Notes under the pieces: model-generated
What the model was told of the DNA's origin: nothing
Seen by the model: only the letters and a program-made list of their open reading frames with translations
The model's database searches: none
Shown here: one piece after another, positions 21,185-29,535 of the stretch
How the letters are laid out: each line of letters begins with the position of its first letter
Position numbering within the stretch: position 1 is the stretch's first letter
Translations under genes and position numbers: made by a program
NCBI GenBank assembly: GCA_963804155.1
Contig: CAWDPG010000004.1
Span: 818,651-882,650, forward strand
Source: an uncultured Acidobacteriaceae bacterium
GTDB lineage: Bacteria; Acidobacteriota; Terriglobia; Terriglobales; Acidobacteriaceae
DNA length: 64,000 bases
Direction of reading: 5' to 3'

Positions 21185-21946
21185 CTATTGCCCCCCGGTG
21201 ATGATCGACCCGACGATACCGCCCAGCAAGCCTGCGCCGCCAGCCTGTTCCGCGACCGGCGCCTTCGGGAGGTACTCGTAGATCTGGTGCGCCAGACGCG
21301 AGATGGGCAGCGTTTGCAGCCACACCGTTCCCGGGCCAACCATCCGCGCCAGAAAGATCCCGTCGCCGCCGAAGATCATGTTCTTGATCCCCGGAACCGT
21401 GGTGATCTGGAAGCCGACTGTCGATTGGAACGCGCCCACGTGGCCCGGATGCACGAGCAGCACCTCGCCGGGCGCAAGATTCTTCTGGATCAGCTCGCCA
21501 GACAGCTCGAGCCAGGCCGTGCCCACGCCGCTGAGCTTCTGCAGCAGGAACCCGTCGCCGCCGAAGATGCCCGCGCCCAGCGACTGCTGAAATCCGAGGG
21601 TGATCGTCACGTCCAGGGTCGCGCACAGGAACCCATGGCGGTGAACCAGATACTCCGGCCCCTGGCCCAGTTCGACGGGCACGATGTGCCCCGGCACCTT
21701 GGTAGCGAACGAAACCACGCCGGGGTACTGGATGGCGCGGTACTCGGTCATAAAGATGCTGGCGCCGGCAACGGCCCGCTTGAGCACGCCGAAGATGCCG
21801 CCGGCCCCGCCCATCTGGGTGTGCGTAGTCATCTGCACCGCCGCGGTCATCCACGAAAGTTCTCCGCTCTCGGAGAACACAGCCTCGTTGGGATCGAGCT
21901 GAACTTCGAGCACCGGCATGGTGGTGCCAAGAATCCGGGTTTGCAT
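21185..21946 (-). CDS. AIM24/TIGR00266 (DUF124) family protein
   Basis: 253 aa from ATG 21946, preceded by AGGAGG. MQTRILGTTMPVLEVQLDPNEAVFSESGELSWM.. is the typical family N-terminus. The C-terminal tail is Gly-rich. The 402-aa ORF-track version has an R-rich extension that overlaps the next gene. Confidence 0.8.
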   Translation of the reverse strand: MQTRILGTTMPVLEVQLDPNEAVFSESGELSWMTAAVQMTTHTQMGGAGGIFGVLKRAVAGASIFMTEYRAIQYPGVVSFATKVPGHIVPVELGQGPEYLVHRHGFLCATLDVTITLGFQQSLGAGIFGGDGFLLQKLSGVGTAWLELSGELIQKNLAPGEVLLVHPGHVGAFQSTVGFQITTVPGIKNMIFGGDGIFLARMVGPGTVWLQTLPISRLAHQIYEYLPKAPVAEQAGGAGLLGGIVGSIITGGQ

Positions 21947-22071
21947 CGGCAAGCCTCCTGTCAGTGACAGTGTAACGTCCCCGAAGCCGTGGGCAATGAG
22001 AATGTTTGCGGAAATGCGGCGGGCGGCGCGGAAGCGTTTTGGGCCCGGCCGGCAGCGCTGGTACGCGACGG

Positions 22072-22410
22072 TCATTCCTCGCCGCGATGCGCGATCACGG
22101 AGTCCCGGATGCGGTCGTAGACCCCGCTCGGCAGCACGCCGCGGTCGAGCAGGTCGCGCTTGGTGCGGTAAGGGCGAAAGCGCACGATCCGCGCGGCCCA
22201 GCTCGCGGTCATGCCGGGGACCTTGAGCAGTTCGTCGATGCTGGCGTGGTTGATGTCGACGCGAGCCTGCGGCGGCGGAACCGGCTTCGTCTTCGGCGCG
22301 GGTAGCGCAGCGGCAGATGGCGCTTGCGCACCTGCGGCACTTGCCGTCATTGGCAGACAGACCGCGAGCAAAGCGGTCGCGAATGTCGCCCATCGAATTC
22401 GTCTACGCAC
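22072..22410 (-). CDS. ComEA-like helix-hairpin-helix DNA-binding protein, secreted
   Basis: The C-terminal HhH region is VDINHASIDELLKVPGMTASWAARIVRFRPYRTKRDLLDRGVLPSGVYDRIRD. A signal-like segment precedes it (WATFATALLAVCLPMTASA). The GTG 22410 start, with GGAG upstream, is a guess. The ORF extends to 22476. Confidence 0.65.
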   Translation of the reverse strand: MRRRIRWATFATALLAVCLPMTASAAGAQAPSAAALPAPKTKPVPPPQARVDINHASIDELLKVPGMTASWAARIVRFRPYRTKRDLLDRGVLPSGVYDRIRDSVIAHRGEE

Positions 22411-22499
22411 AGCTCCATTCTCCGCCGGCTTCGAGGTGGGTGCAAGAAAAGGCTCCGGCCCGGCTTGTCGCCGCACCCCCGGAACGGTAGGCTAAATGC

Positions 22500-22877
22500 A
22501 TGTACGAGGACTTTCACGTCACCGACCGCTGGAGCGGCGAGGATCTGCACTGCCGCTGGAAGGCGAACATGGTGGCCATCGCCACGCGGCACGCCGACGC
22601 GGTCGACATCCGCTTCGACGTGAATGGCCGGCCGATGTGGATCGCGCTTCCGTCGACCGCATGGGTGGAGCAGAAGAAGCGCTCCGGGAAGGTGATCACC
22701 GACCCATTGGCGGCGCAGATTGCCGGCCGGTACCTGAAGCAGTTGATCGAGGAAGGCTACGATTCGCGGCGCGAGGTCTATACGATGACCGTCGGGGAAG
22801 TGCTCAGCCAACTGGATGCGGTGGTGGCCGAAGCGAAGGCGCAGGGCGAGATGCCCGCCCTGCCTGTCGGGCCGTAG
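22500..22877 (+). CDS. hypothetical protein
   Basis: 125-aa ORF with balanced, protein-like composition (MYEDFHVTDRWSGEDLHCRWKANMVAIA..). No motif recognised. Confidence 0.45.
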   Translation: MYEDFHVTDRWSGEDLHCRWKANMVAIATRHADAVDIRFDVNGRPMWIALPSTAWVEQKKRSGKVITDPLAAQIAGRYLKQLIEEGYDSRREVYTMTVGEVLSQLDAVVAEAKAQGEMPALPVGP

Positions 22878-22900
22878 GCCGTAACTGCGGAGCGCCCGCG

Positions 22901-25900
22901 TCAGCCTTCTGCTTGTGCCTCGGCGGGCGGCACATCGCCGCGCCGGAGCACGCGGCTCAGGATCACATAGAGCACGGGAATAAAGACCAGATTCAACACG
23001 GTTGACAGCAACATGCCGCCGACGACCGACGTGCCCACGGAGCGCCGGCCCAGCGATCCGGAGCCGGTGGCGAATACCAGCGGTAAAACGCCGAGAATGA
23101 AGGCGAACGAGGTCATCAGGATCGGCCGCAAGCGCAACTCGGCGGCCTCGATGGCGGCCTCCGAGATGGTGCGGCCCTTGCGCCGCAACTGCTCGGCGAA
23201 CTCGACGATCAGGATGGAGTTCTTCGCCGAGAGGCCGATCAGCATCACCAGCCCGATCTGGCAATAGACATCGTTTGCCATTCCCCGGAGCATGATGAGT
23301 CCCTGCGCGCCGAGCACGGCCATGGGCACAGCCAGCAGAATGATGAACGGCAGCGCGAAACTCTCGTACTGCGCCGAGAGCGTGAGGTAGACGACTAAAA
23401 TGCCAAGACCGAAAATGAGCAGCGCCTTGCCGCTGGATTCGATTTCGTCGAGCGTCAGGCCTGTCCACTCGAAGCCCATTCCGCGCATCATGTTGCTCGT
23501 GGCCAGCTTCTCCATGCTGTCGATGGCGGTGCCGGAGCTGGCGCCGGGCGCGGCCGAGCCGTCGATCTCCACCGCACGAAAGAGGTTGTAGTGAGTGATG
23601 ACCGGAGGCCCGGCGCTCTCCTGCACTGTGACCAGGTTGTCGAGCGGCACCATCTGGCCGGAGTCGGAGCGCACATAGTAGCTGTGCAGGTCGCCGGCAT
23701 TCATGCGGAAGGGCCGGTCGGCCTGGACGAAGACGCGATAGGTGCGATCGTTGTAATCGAAGTCGTTGATGTACTCCGAGCCCATGAAGACGTTGAGCGT
23801 GGTTGCGATCTGGGTGATCGAGACGCCCATCGCCTTAGCCTTTTCGCGGTCGATGGTCACCAGTTCCTGGGGATCGTTGGCCGAGAAGGACGTGAACAGG
23901 CCGGTCAGTTGCTTGTTCGCGCCCCCAACCGCGACAATCTGGTGCGCGGTGCGGTCCAGGTCGCTGAGCGTGTTGCCGCCTTGATCCTGGAGCATGAACT
24001 GGAACCCGCCCAGGCTGCCGACTCCTTGGACGGCGGGAGGCTGAAAGGGCTGCACCAGGCCGCCATTGGGATCGAGCATGAGCATCTGCAATCTGGGCGA
24101 AACATCCTGGATGATCTCAGCGACCGATTGCCCTTTAGCGCCGTGGCCGGCCGGGGCAGCAGTGCTCACGAACATCATGCCGGCGTTGGACGCGCTGCCC
24201 GCGAGGCTAAAGCCCATGACAGAGAACAAGCCGCGCACATTGGGATTCTGGGAGAGGATGGCGGCGCCCTTTTCCCCCAGGGCAGTAGTGTAGGCGAGCG
24301 AGGAGCCGGGAGGCGCCTGGACGATCACCATGAAGAAGCCCTCGTCTTCCTGCGGGATGAACCCGGTGGGAACCGTGCGATAGATCCACACCGTGGCGCC
24401 GAGACCGGCGAAGAACGCCAGAAGCAGCAGGTAGCGCAATTGCAGGGCGACGTGGATTAGGCGAGCGTAGGTGCTTGACATCCAGTCGATGAACCGGTCG
24501 GCGCCGTGAATGAAGGCGGCGAAGGCGCGCGAAACCGGCGCGATGTGAAGGAAGTCCAACTGGCGGGGGCGGGCTTCTTCTCCGCGAAGGAACATTGCGG
24601 AAAGCGCGGGAGAGAGGGTAAGCGCGTTGAAGGCCGAGATGGCGATGGAGAACGCGATGGTGAGAGAGAACTGGCGATAGAGAATGCCCGTGGTGCCGGG
24701 GAAAAACGAGACCGGAACGAAAACGGCAATCAGCACCAGGGAAGTAGCGATGACGGCGCTGGTGACTTCGCCCATGGCGCGTGAGGTGGCCTCGCGGGCG
24801 CGGGAGTGTTCCATGTGAATGTGGCGTTGTACGTTCTCGATGACCACGATGGCGTCGTCAACCACCAGACCGGTAGCCAGCGTGATGCCAAACAAGGTGA
24901 GCGAGTTGATGGAGAAATCGAAGAGCCGGATGAAGGCGAAGGCGCCGATGAGCGAGACCGGAATGGTTACCGCGGGAATAATTGTGGCGCGCCAGTCGAG
25001 GAGGAAGAGGAAGATGACGGTAATGACGATAAAGATGGCGGCAGCCAGCGTGCCGAGCACTTCTCTCACGGACTCTTCGACCGCCGTGGTTTCGTCGAAT
25101 GCGATCGCGTACTCGAGGCCTGGCGGGAAGTTTTTCGAGAGCTGCTGGAGCGCGGCCACGGCTTTGTGGTCCACGTCGATGGCATTGGCGTTGGAGAGCT
25201 GCTCGACGCCGATGCCCACGCCGGGATGTCCCTGGAACTCGAGCGAAGTGCTGTAATCTTCCGCGCCCACTTCGGCATGGCCCACGTCCTTGAGCAGGAC
25301 AAGACCGCTGGACGCATTCTTGACGATCAGGTTGTCGAATTCAGAGGCGTCGGTAAGCCGGCCCTTGACGCGCACGGGAATCTGGAACGCCTGCTTGGGG
25401 TCGGAAGGCGGCTGGCCGAGCTGGCCGGCTGGAACCTCGACGTTCTGCTCTTCGAGGGCGCTGACCACGTCGGTCGCGGTAAGGCCGCGAGCCGCCAGCC
25501 GCACCGGATCGAGCCACACGCGCATGGCGTATTTGCGCTCGCCGAAGATCATCACGTCGCCCACGCCGGGGACGCGCTTGAGCGCATCCTTGACGTAGAT
25601 ATCGAGGTAGTTGGAGATGTATTCGCTGGAGTAGCGTCCGTCGCGGGTGAAGAAGCCGGCGCCGAAGACGAAGTTGAAGTTGGATTTCAGAATGTCGATG
25701 CCGGTCGAGACGACCTCGCCGGGCAGGCGGCCCTCGACGCTGGCCACGCGATTCTGTACGTCGACGGCCGCGATGTCGAGGTTGTAGCCGGTCTGGAAGG
25801 TGATGTCGATCTCGGAGGCGCCGCTGCTGGTGCTCGACGAGCTGATGTAGCGCATTCCCTCGACGCCGTTGATAGCCTCTTCCAGCGGAATGGTGACGGC

Positions 25901-26080
25901 CTTCTCGACCGTCTCTGCGTCGGCGCCGACGTAATTCGCCGTCACCATGATGACCGGCGGCGCCAGCGTGGGATACATGGCGACGGGAAGATTCGGGATG
26001 CAGATGGCACCCGCGAGAATGATCAGCAGGGCGCAGACCGTGGCGAAGACCGGGCGATGGATGAAGAAATCGACAAACAA
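22901..26080 (-). CDS. RND multidrug efflux permease (AcrB/HAE1 family)
   Basis: 1059 aa with the typical N-terminus MFVDFFIHRPVFATVCALLIILAGAICIPNLPVAMYP, 12 TM segments and two large periplasmic loops. Confidence 0.95.
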   Translation of the reverse strand: MFVDFFIHRPVFATVCALLIILAGAICIPNLPVAMYPTLAPPVIMVTANYVGADAETVEKAVTIPLEEAINGVEGMRYISSSSTSSGASEIDITFQTGYNLDIAAVDVQNRVASVEGRLPGEVVSTGIDILKSNFNFVFGAGFFTRDGRYSSEYISNYLDIYVKDALKRVPGVGDVMIFGERKYAMRVWLDPVRLAARGLTATDVVSALEEQNVEVPAGQLGQPPSDPKQAFQIPVRVKGRLTDASEFDNLIVKNASSGLVLLKDVGHAEVGAEDYSTSLEFQGHPGVGIGVEQLSNANAIDVDHKAVAALQQLSKNFPPGLEYAIAFDETTAVEESVREVLGTLAAAIFIVITVIFLFLLDWRATIIPAVTIPVSLIGAFAFIRLFDFSINSLTLFGITLATGLVVDDAIVVIENVQRHIHMEHSRAREATSRAMGEVTSAVIATSLVLIAVFVPVSFFPGTTGILYRQFSLTIAFSIAISAFNALTLSPALSAMFLRGEEARPRQLDFLHIAPVSRAFAAFIHGADRFIDWMSSTYARLIHVALQLRYLLLLAFFAGLGATVWIYRTVPTGFIPQEDEGFFMVIVQAPPGSSLAYTTALGEKGAAILSQNPNVRGLFSVMGFSLAGSASNAGMMFVSTAAPAGHGAKGQSVAEIIQDVSPRLQMLMLDPNGGLVQPFQPPAVQGVGSLGGFQFMLQDQGGNTLSDLDRTAHQIVAVGGANKQLTGLFTSFSANDPQELVTIDREKAKAMGVSITQIATTLNVFMGSEYINDFDYNDRTYRVFVQADRPFRMNAGDLHSYYVRSDSGQMVPLDNLVTVQESAGPPVITHYNLFRAVEIDGSAAPGASSGTAIDSMEKLATSNMMRGMGFEWTGLTLDEIESSGKALLIFGLGILVVYLTLSAQYESFALPFIILLAVPMAVLGAQGLIMLRGMANDVYCQIGLVMLIGLSAKNSILIVEFAEQLRRKGRTISEAAIEAAELRLRPILMTSFAFILGVLPLVFATGSGSLGRRSVGTSVVGGMLLSTVLNLVFIPVLYVILSRVLRRGDVPPAEAQAEG

Positions 26081-26095
26081 TTTGAGCTCTCTTTC

Positions 26096-27226
26096 CTAGC
26101 CCTGCGGGTGCGCGCCTTGCGGCGGACCGGGCGGCAAGGGCATCACGGGCATGCCGTCGACCAGGAACTGCGTTCCCGACACAATCACGGCGTCGCCCGC
26201 GTTCAACCCCGAAGTGATGGAGTAGCTGTTGCCCACGGTATCGCCCAGCGTGACCGGCGTCCGGTGCGCCATCGCCATTCCGTTCTGCTTCTGGACCACG
26301 AAGACGAAGCTCTGTTCGCCCTGCCGCGTTACCGCCAGCACCGGAACCACGGCCATGGGCTTCGTGCCCCAGATAACACGGGCCTTGACCATCTGCGCGT
26401 TGCGCAGCACCTCCGGCGTCGACTGCACCGGCGCCTTCACGAGAATCCCCTGCAGCGTGCTGTCCACCTCGGCCGAAATAAAGTCGACGTTCGTCTTCTC
26501 CAGCAGCTTGCCGCTGTTATCGGTTAAGTCCACGCCCAGGCCCATGCGCACTTCCGGCGAGCGCTCGGTGGGAATATAGATGTACGCCTCGAGATCCTTG
26601 TTCTCGTCCACGGTGGTCAGCACGGTCGAGGTGATCACGTAGTCGCCCACGTGCACCGGAATGTCGCCGATCACGCCGTCGAAGGGCGCGCGCACCGTGT
26701 AATACGCCAGTAGTTGTTCCTGCGTCTTGCGCGCCTCCATCGCCGATTCGTAATCCGCCTTCGCGTTCTGGTAGGCCTGCTGCGCCTGGTCGTAGGCGTC
26801 GCGGCTTGTTACACCTGCATCGAACAGCTTGTGCTGTCGGTCGAGCTCCACCGTGTCGTAATCGTAGAGAGCTTTTTTTTGCCGTTCCGTGGCGCGCTGC
26901 GAAGCCACCGTGGCCTGCTGCTGCCGCGGGTCGATCTCAATCAGGGCCTGGCCTGACTTCACATGATCGCCGGAGCGGACGTGAATCACCGTCAGCGATC
27001 CGCTCACCTGCGGCTGCATCGTGGCTGAGCGGCGCGACTTGATGGTGGCCACATATTCGCTGCTCTGGTCCACGGGCGCCATCGACACAGTCACCGTCTG
27101 CACCGGCAGAGCCTGCATCTGCGGTCCGCCTGCCGAAGCTGGCTTCTTCTGGCAGCCGGCTACGGTCAACGCCGCCAGGGCCAAACAAACCATCGTAGAG
27201 ATGTCTTGTACTCTGTTCCGTGTCAC
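26096..27226 (-). CDS. RND efflux periplasmic adaptor (membrane fusion protein) lipoprotein
   Basis: Lipobox LTVAGC, a coiled-coil hairpin region (QQATVASQRATERQKKALYDYDTVELDRQHKLFDAG..) and beta-barrel domains. It lies 15 nt upstream of the RND permease. The start is uncertain: GTG 27226, ATG 27193 or 27331. Confidence 0.85.
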   Translation of the reverse strand: MTRNRVQDISTMVCLALAALTVAGCQKKPASAGGPQMQALPVQTVTVSMAPVDQSSEYVATIKSRRSATMQPQVSGSLTVIHVRSGDHVKSGQALIEIDPRQQQATVASQRATERQKKALYDYDTVELDRQHKLFDAGVTSRDAYDQAQQAYQNAKADYESAMEARKTQEQLLAYYTVRAPFDGVIGDIPVHVGDYVITSTVLTTVDENKDLEAYIYIPTERSPEVRMGLGVDLTDNSGKLLEKTNVDFISAEVDSTLQGILVKAPVQSTPEVLRNAQMVKARVIWGTKPMAVVPVLAVTRQGEQSFVFVVQKQNGMAMAHRTPVTLGDTVGNSYSITSGLNAGDAVIVSGTQFLVDGMPVMPLPPGPPQGAHPQG

Positions 27227-27543
27227 TTGATTCTTCCTTTTTCCGGAGTGCCTTACCGATCGACCCTCTTCACCCGTTCCACACAGGCGCGTCCGTCGGA
27301 CAAAACGCCGCCATATCCGCTCTATCGGCAAGCGTCGGCGCGTAAATTACCCGCCCGCTTCAGCGCATCCGGGTCATGCGGGCACCCGCAGCTACACGCT
27401 CGCCTGCATCGAGGATAGCGCACTGGTCACTACGCGCTGTGAACTCCCATGGTTCCCGCTCCAGCCCTGTGCGGCGGAAGGGCCAGGGCCCGCGATGCCG
27501 GATCGGCCCGCAGCGGGCCTCCCGGTCGGTGCACTTCCTTCTT

Positions 27544-27572
27544 TTGACACGGTTTCCGCTAGTTGATAGCCT
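27544..27572 (+). promoter_or_regulatory. possible sigma-70-type promoter for tRNA-Glu
   Basis: TTGACA (27544-27549), a 17-nt spacer, then TAGCCT (27567-27572), about 65 nt upstream of the tRNA. The -10 element is weak and this is a pattern match only. Confidence 0.25.
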
Positions 27573-27637
27573 TTGTAAGGGCGCGTCCTGAAAGAACCAC
27601 CTTGTCGCTCTTCCAGCCGCTCTCTGCTCTCCCAGCC

Positions 27638-27715
27638 GTCCCCGTCGTCTAGCCCGGCCTAGGACACCGCCCTTTCACGGCGATAACACGGGTTCAAATC
27701 CCGTCGGGGACGCCA
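27638..27715 (+). tRNA. tRNA-Glu (anticodon UUC)
   Basis: Cloverleaf by hand. Acceptor stem GTCCCCG/CGGGGAC, T-arm ACGGG-TTCAAAT-CCCGT, anticodon loop CTTTCAC, encoded CCA. It is nearly identical in layout to E. coli tRNA-Glu (GUCCCCUUCGUCUAG...CCGCCCUUUCACGGCGG...). There is one C-A mismatch at the top of the anticodon stem. Confidence 0.9.
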
Positions 27716-27716
27716 A
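27672..27716 (+). repeat. attL: 45-bp direct repeat (3' half of tRNA-Glu)
   Basis: CTTTCACGGCGATAACACGGGTTCAAATCCCGTCGGGGACGCCAA is identical to 48417-48461. Confidence 0.9.
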
Positions 27717-28937
27717 TTATTTCAGCAACTTACGCGCTTCAATAATTTTCTCGTACGTCCGTTTTGTTCCAATAGCAGCGGTGCTCTCGTTTTTGGGGTT
27801 TTCGTCGAGCAACATGCTCACAAGGCGACTCTGCGCCTTACGCTTCACATCCGTGATGGCCTGCGCGTAAAGATTCATCGTCACCAAGCTGTTTGCGTGC
27901 CGCAATAATTCCTGCACAGTTTTGACATCTTCCCCATTCGCTTTCAGGAGAGTGGCGTACGTGCGCCGGAAAGTATGCCAGCCAATCCGGCCCTCGATGC
28001 CTGCCGCCTTGACTGCCGGTTGCAGATGCCAGCGGTTGAGCGTTCCCGGCCAGTACGGTTGCACTCCGTTTGTATGAGGACTGGCAAAGACCCAGTCCTC
28101 AGGGCGCGGATATGCGCAAAGGTTCCGCCAGCGCCACAACGCTTCCGCAAGGCGAGAATCCAGCGGTACGGGTTTGCGTGACGCTTCCGTTTTGCATTCG
28201 CCAACGTGCTGAAGCGAGATCGAGCGAGTGACACTGATTTCAAACTTCTCGAAATCGATGTCCTGCCACTTCAGCGCCAGCAGTTCTCCCACCCTCAATC
28301 CGGTCATCACGTCCACAAGCACAGCGGTATGCGTCGGCTCTTCGAGATAGAGAAGTAATTCCTCCACCTGAAGAAGCGTCAACACTGTCGGAATATTCTT
28401 ACGCTTGGCGCTCTGGCGCACATGCGTAATAGGATTCCTGTCGTGCCATTCCCAGCGAACCGCGTGATTGAAGACAGCGTGCATGATGTTCCGAATTTTT
28501 GCTTTGCTGCCGTTGGCAAGATTGAGCGAATGCAGCCACTCCTCCACCGCAACCGCTTTGACATCCTTCAACCGGTAGTTTCCCCAGCGGGGCAGAATCC
28601 ACTTTCTGAAGTAGCCTTGGTACGTTTCACACGTTGCGAAGGTTTTGTTCGAGTCCTTGCCCAATTCCTTTTCTCGGTAGTGTTCGACGAGCGTTTGCAC
28701 ACTGACCGTTTCGAGGTTGAAGCGCGGGCTTTCGGCGTTGATGTTGACCAAAAGCGACGCAACGGCCCGTTTTGCCGATGCCTCGTTCGGATACTGCTCC
28801 AGGCTTCCGACCACAAGACTGCGCCGCTTACGACTTCCATCGGCTTGGGGTTCGTACCAGCGGTACTCCCAAGCGTTTGGGCCGCGCTTGCGCTCCGCAA
28901 GCTGGAGGTTGCCTTGTTGATAGCGTGTCCGTCTCAT
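27717..28937 (-). CDS. int: tyrosine-type site-specific integrase
   Basis: 406 aa from ATG 28937, with GGAG upstream. The N-terminus MRRTRYQQGNLQL is typical of tRNA-targeting integrases. Catalytic signature: LRVGELLAL (Arg), HTFRRTYATLL (His-x-x-Arg), LLRHAN (His), NLYAQA (Tyr). Confidence 0.92.
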   Translation of the reverse strand: MRRTRYQQGNLQLAERKRGPNAWEYRWYEPQADGSRKRRSLVVGSLEQYPNEASAKRAVASLLVNINAESPRFNLETVSVQTLVEHYREKELGKDSNKTFATCETYQGYFRKWILPRWGNYRLKDVKAVAVEEWLHSLNLANGSKAKIRNIMHAVFNHAVRWEWHDRNPITHVRQSAKRKNIPTVLTLLQVEELLLYLEEPTHTAVLVDVMTGLRVGELLALKWQDIDFEKFEISVTRSISLQHVGECKTEASRKPVPLDSRLAEALWRWRNLCAYPRPEDWVFASPHTNGVQPYWPGTLNRWHLQPAVKAAGIEGRIGWHTFRRTYATLLKANGEDVKTVQELLRHANSLVTMNLYAQAITDVKRKAQSRLVSMLLDENPKNESTAAIGTKRTYEKIIEARKLLK

Positions 28938-28948
28938 TTTTCTCCTTT

Positions 28949-29170
28949 TCAAGAGCGGTGAGGCGGCACGGATAGCTGCTCTGAGCTTACATTTTCCGGC
29001 AAGCAGCGGTCGAGATCGGAAGCACGAAAGCGCCAAAGCTTGCCTAGGCGCAGACCAGCGACAAGGCCGTTGCGGGCGTACCGTTGCAGGGTCTTGGGAT
29101 GAACTTTCACGAGGGCCGCAGCCTGTTCGCTATTCAATAAAGGTTCGAATGCATGAGGGGAATCGAACAT
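28949..29170 (-). CDS. xis: excisionase/AlpA-type helix-turn-helix DNA-binding protein
   Basis: About 73 aa. LNSEQAAALVKVHPKTLQRYARNGLVAGLRLGKLWRFRASDLDRCL matches the excisionase-family HTH pattern. It lies directly upstream of int. Confidence 0.75.
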   Translation of the reverse strand: MFDSPHAFEPLLNSEQAAALVKVHPKTLQRYARNGLVAGLRLGKLWRFRASDLDRCLPENVSSEQLSVPPHRS

Positions 29171-29394
29171 AGTTCGCACGCTCCTTGAAACTACATTGAA
29201 ACGGATTCCGAATAATGTCTACCCTCATAAAATGAGGCACTTGCGTCCCGTCAAATTCTGACGTTGGAGTACAGAGTACAGAGCGGAGTCGAGAGGAATG
29301 GAGAGCAACGGAGAGTATTTTAAGGAACTCTTGGCGCAGGCAGTTTTTTGACGTTATGAAAACGAATTGAGGAAATTCGATGAAAAAATCCCGA

Positions 29395-29533
29395 CTGACA
29401 TTCCCCGGATAGACAGAGCATAGCCGAGGCGCGGGCGGTGTCAAGGGCGGCTGCGCCGCCGCTTCGCGGTCAAGACCCTTGACACCGCCCTTCTACGCCT
29501 CGGCTCACAATCCAAATATCCGGGGAATGTCAG
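29395..29533. repeat. 139-bp nested palindrome (candidate oriT or recombination/regulatory site)
   Basis: There are three nested perfect inverted-repeat pairs. Outer: CTGACATTCCCCGGATA (29395-29411) with TATCCGGGGAATGTCAG (29517-29533). Middle: AGCCGAGGCG (29422-29431) with CGCCTCGGCT (29497-29506). Inner: GGGCGGTGTCAAGGG (29433-29447) with CCCTTGACACCGCCC (29476-29490). Confidence 0.85.
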
Positions 29534-29535
29534 TT

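Noticed and set aside
21947-22393. N-terminal 149-aa extension of the AIM24-family ORF (the 402-aa version in the ORF track).
   Set aside because: The extension is R-rich and overlaps the better-supported ComEA-like gene. Family homology and a strong AGGAGG site begin at ATG 21946.
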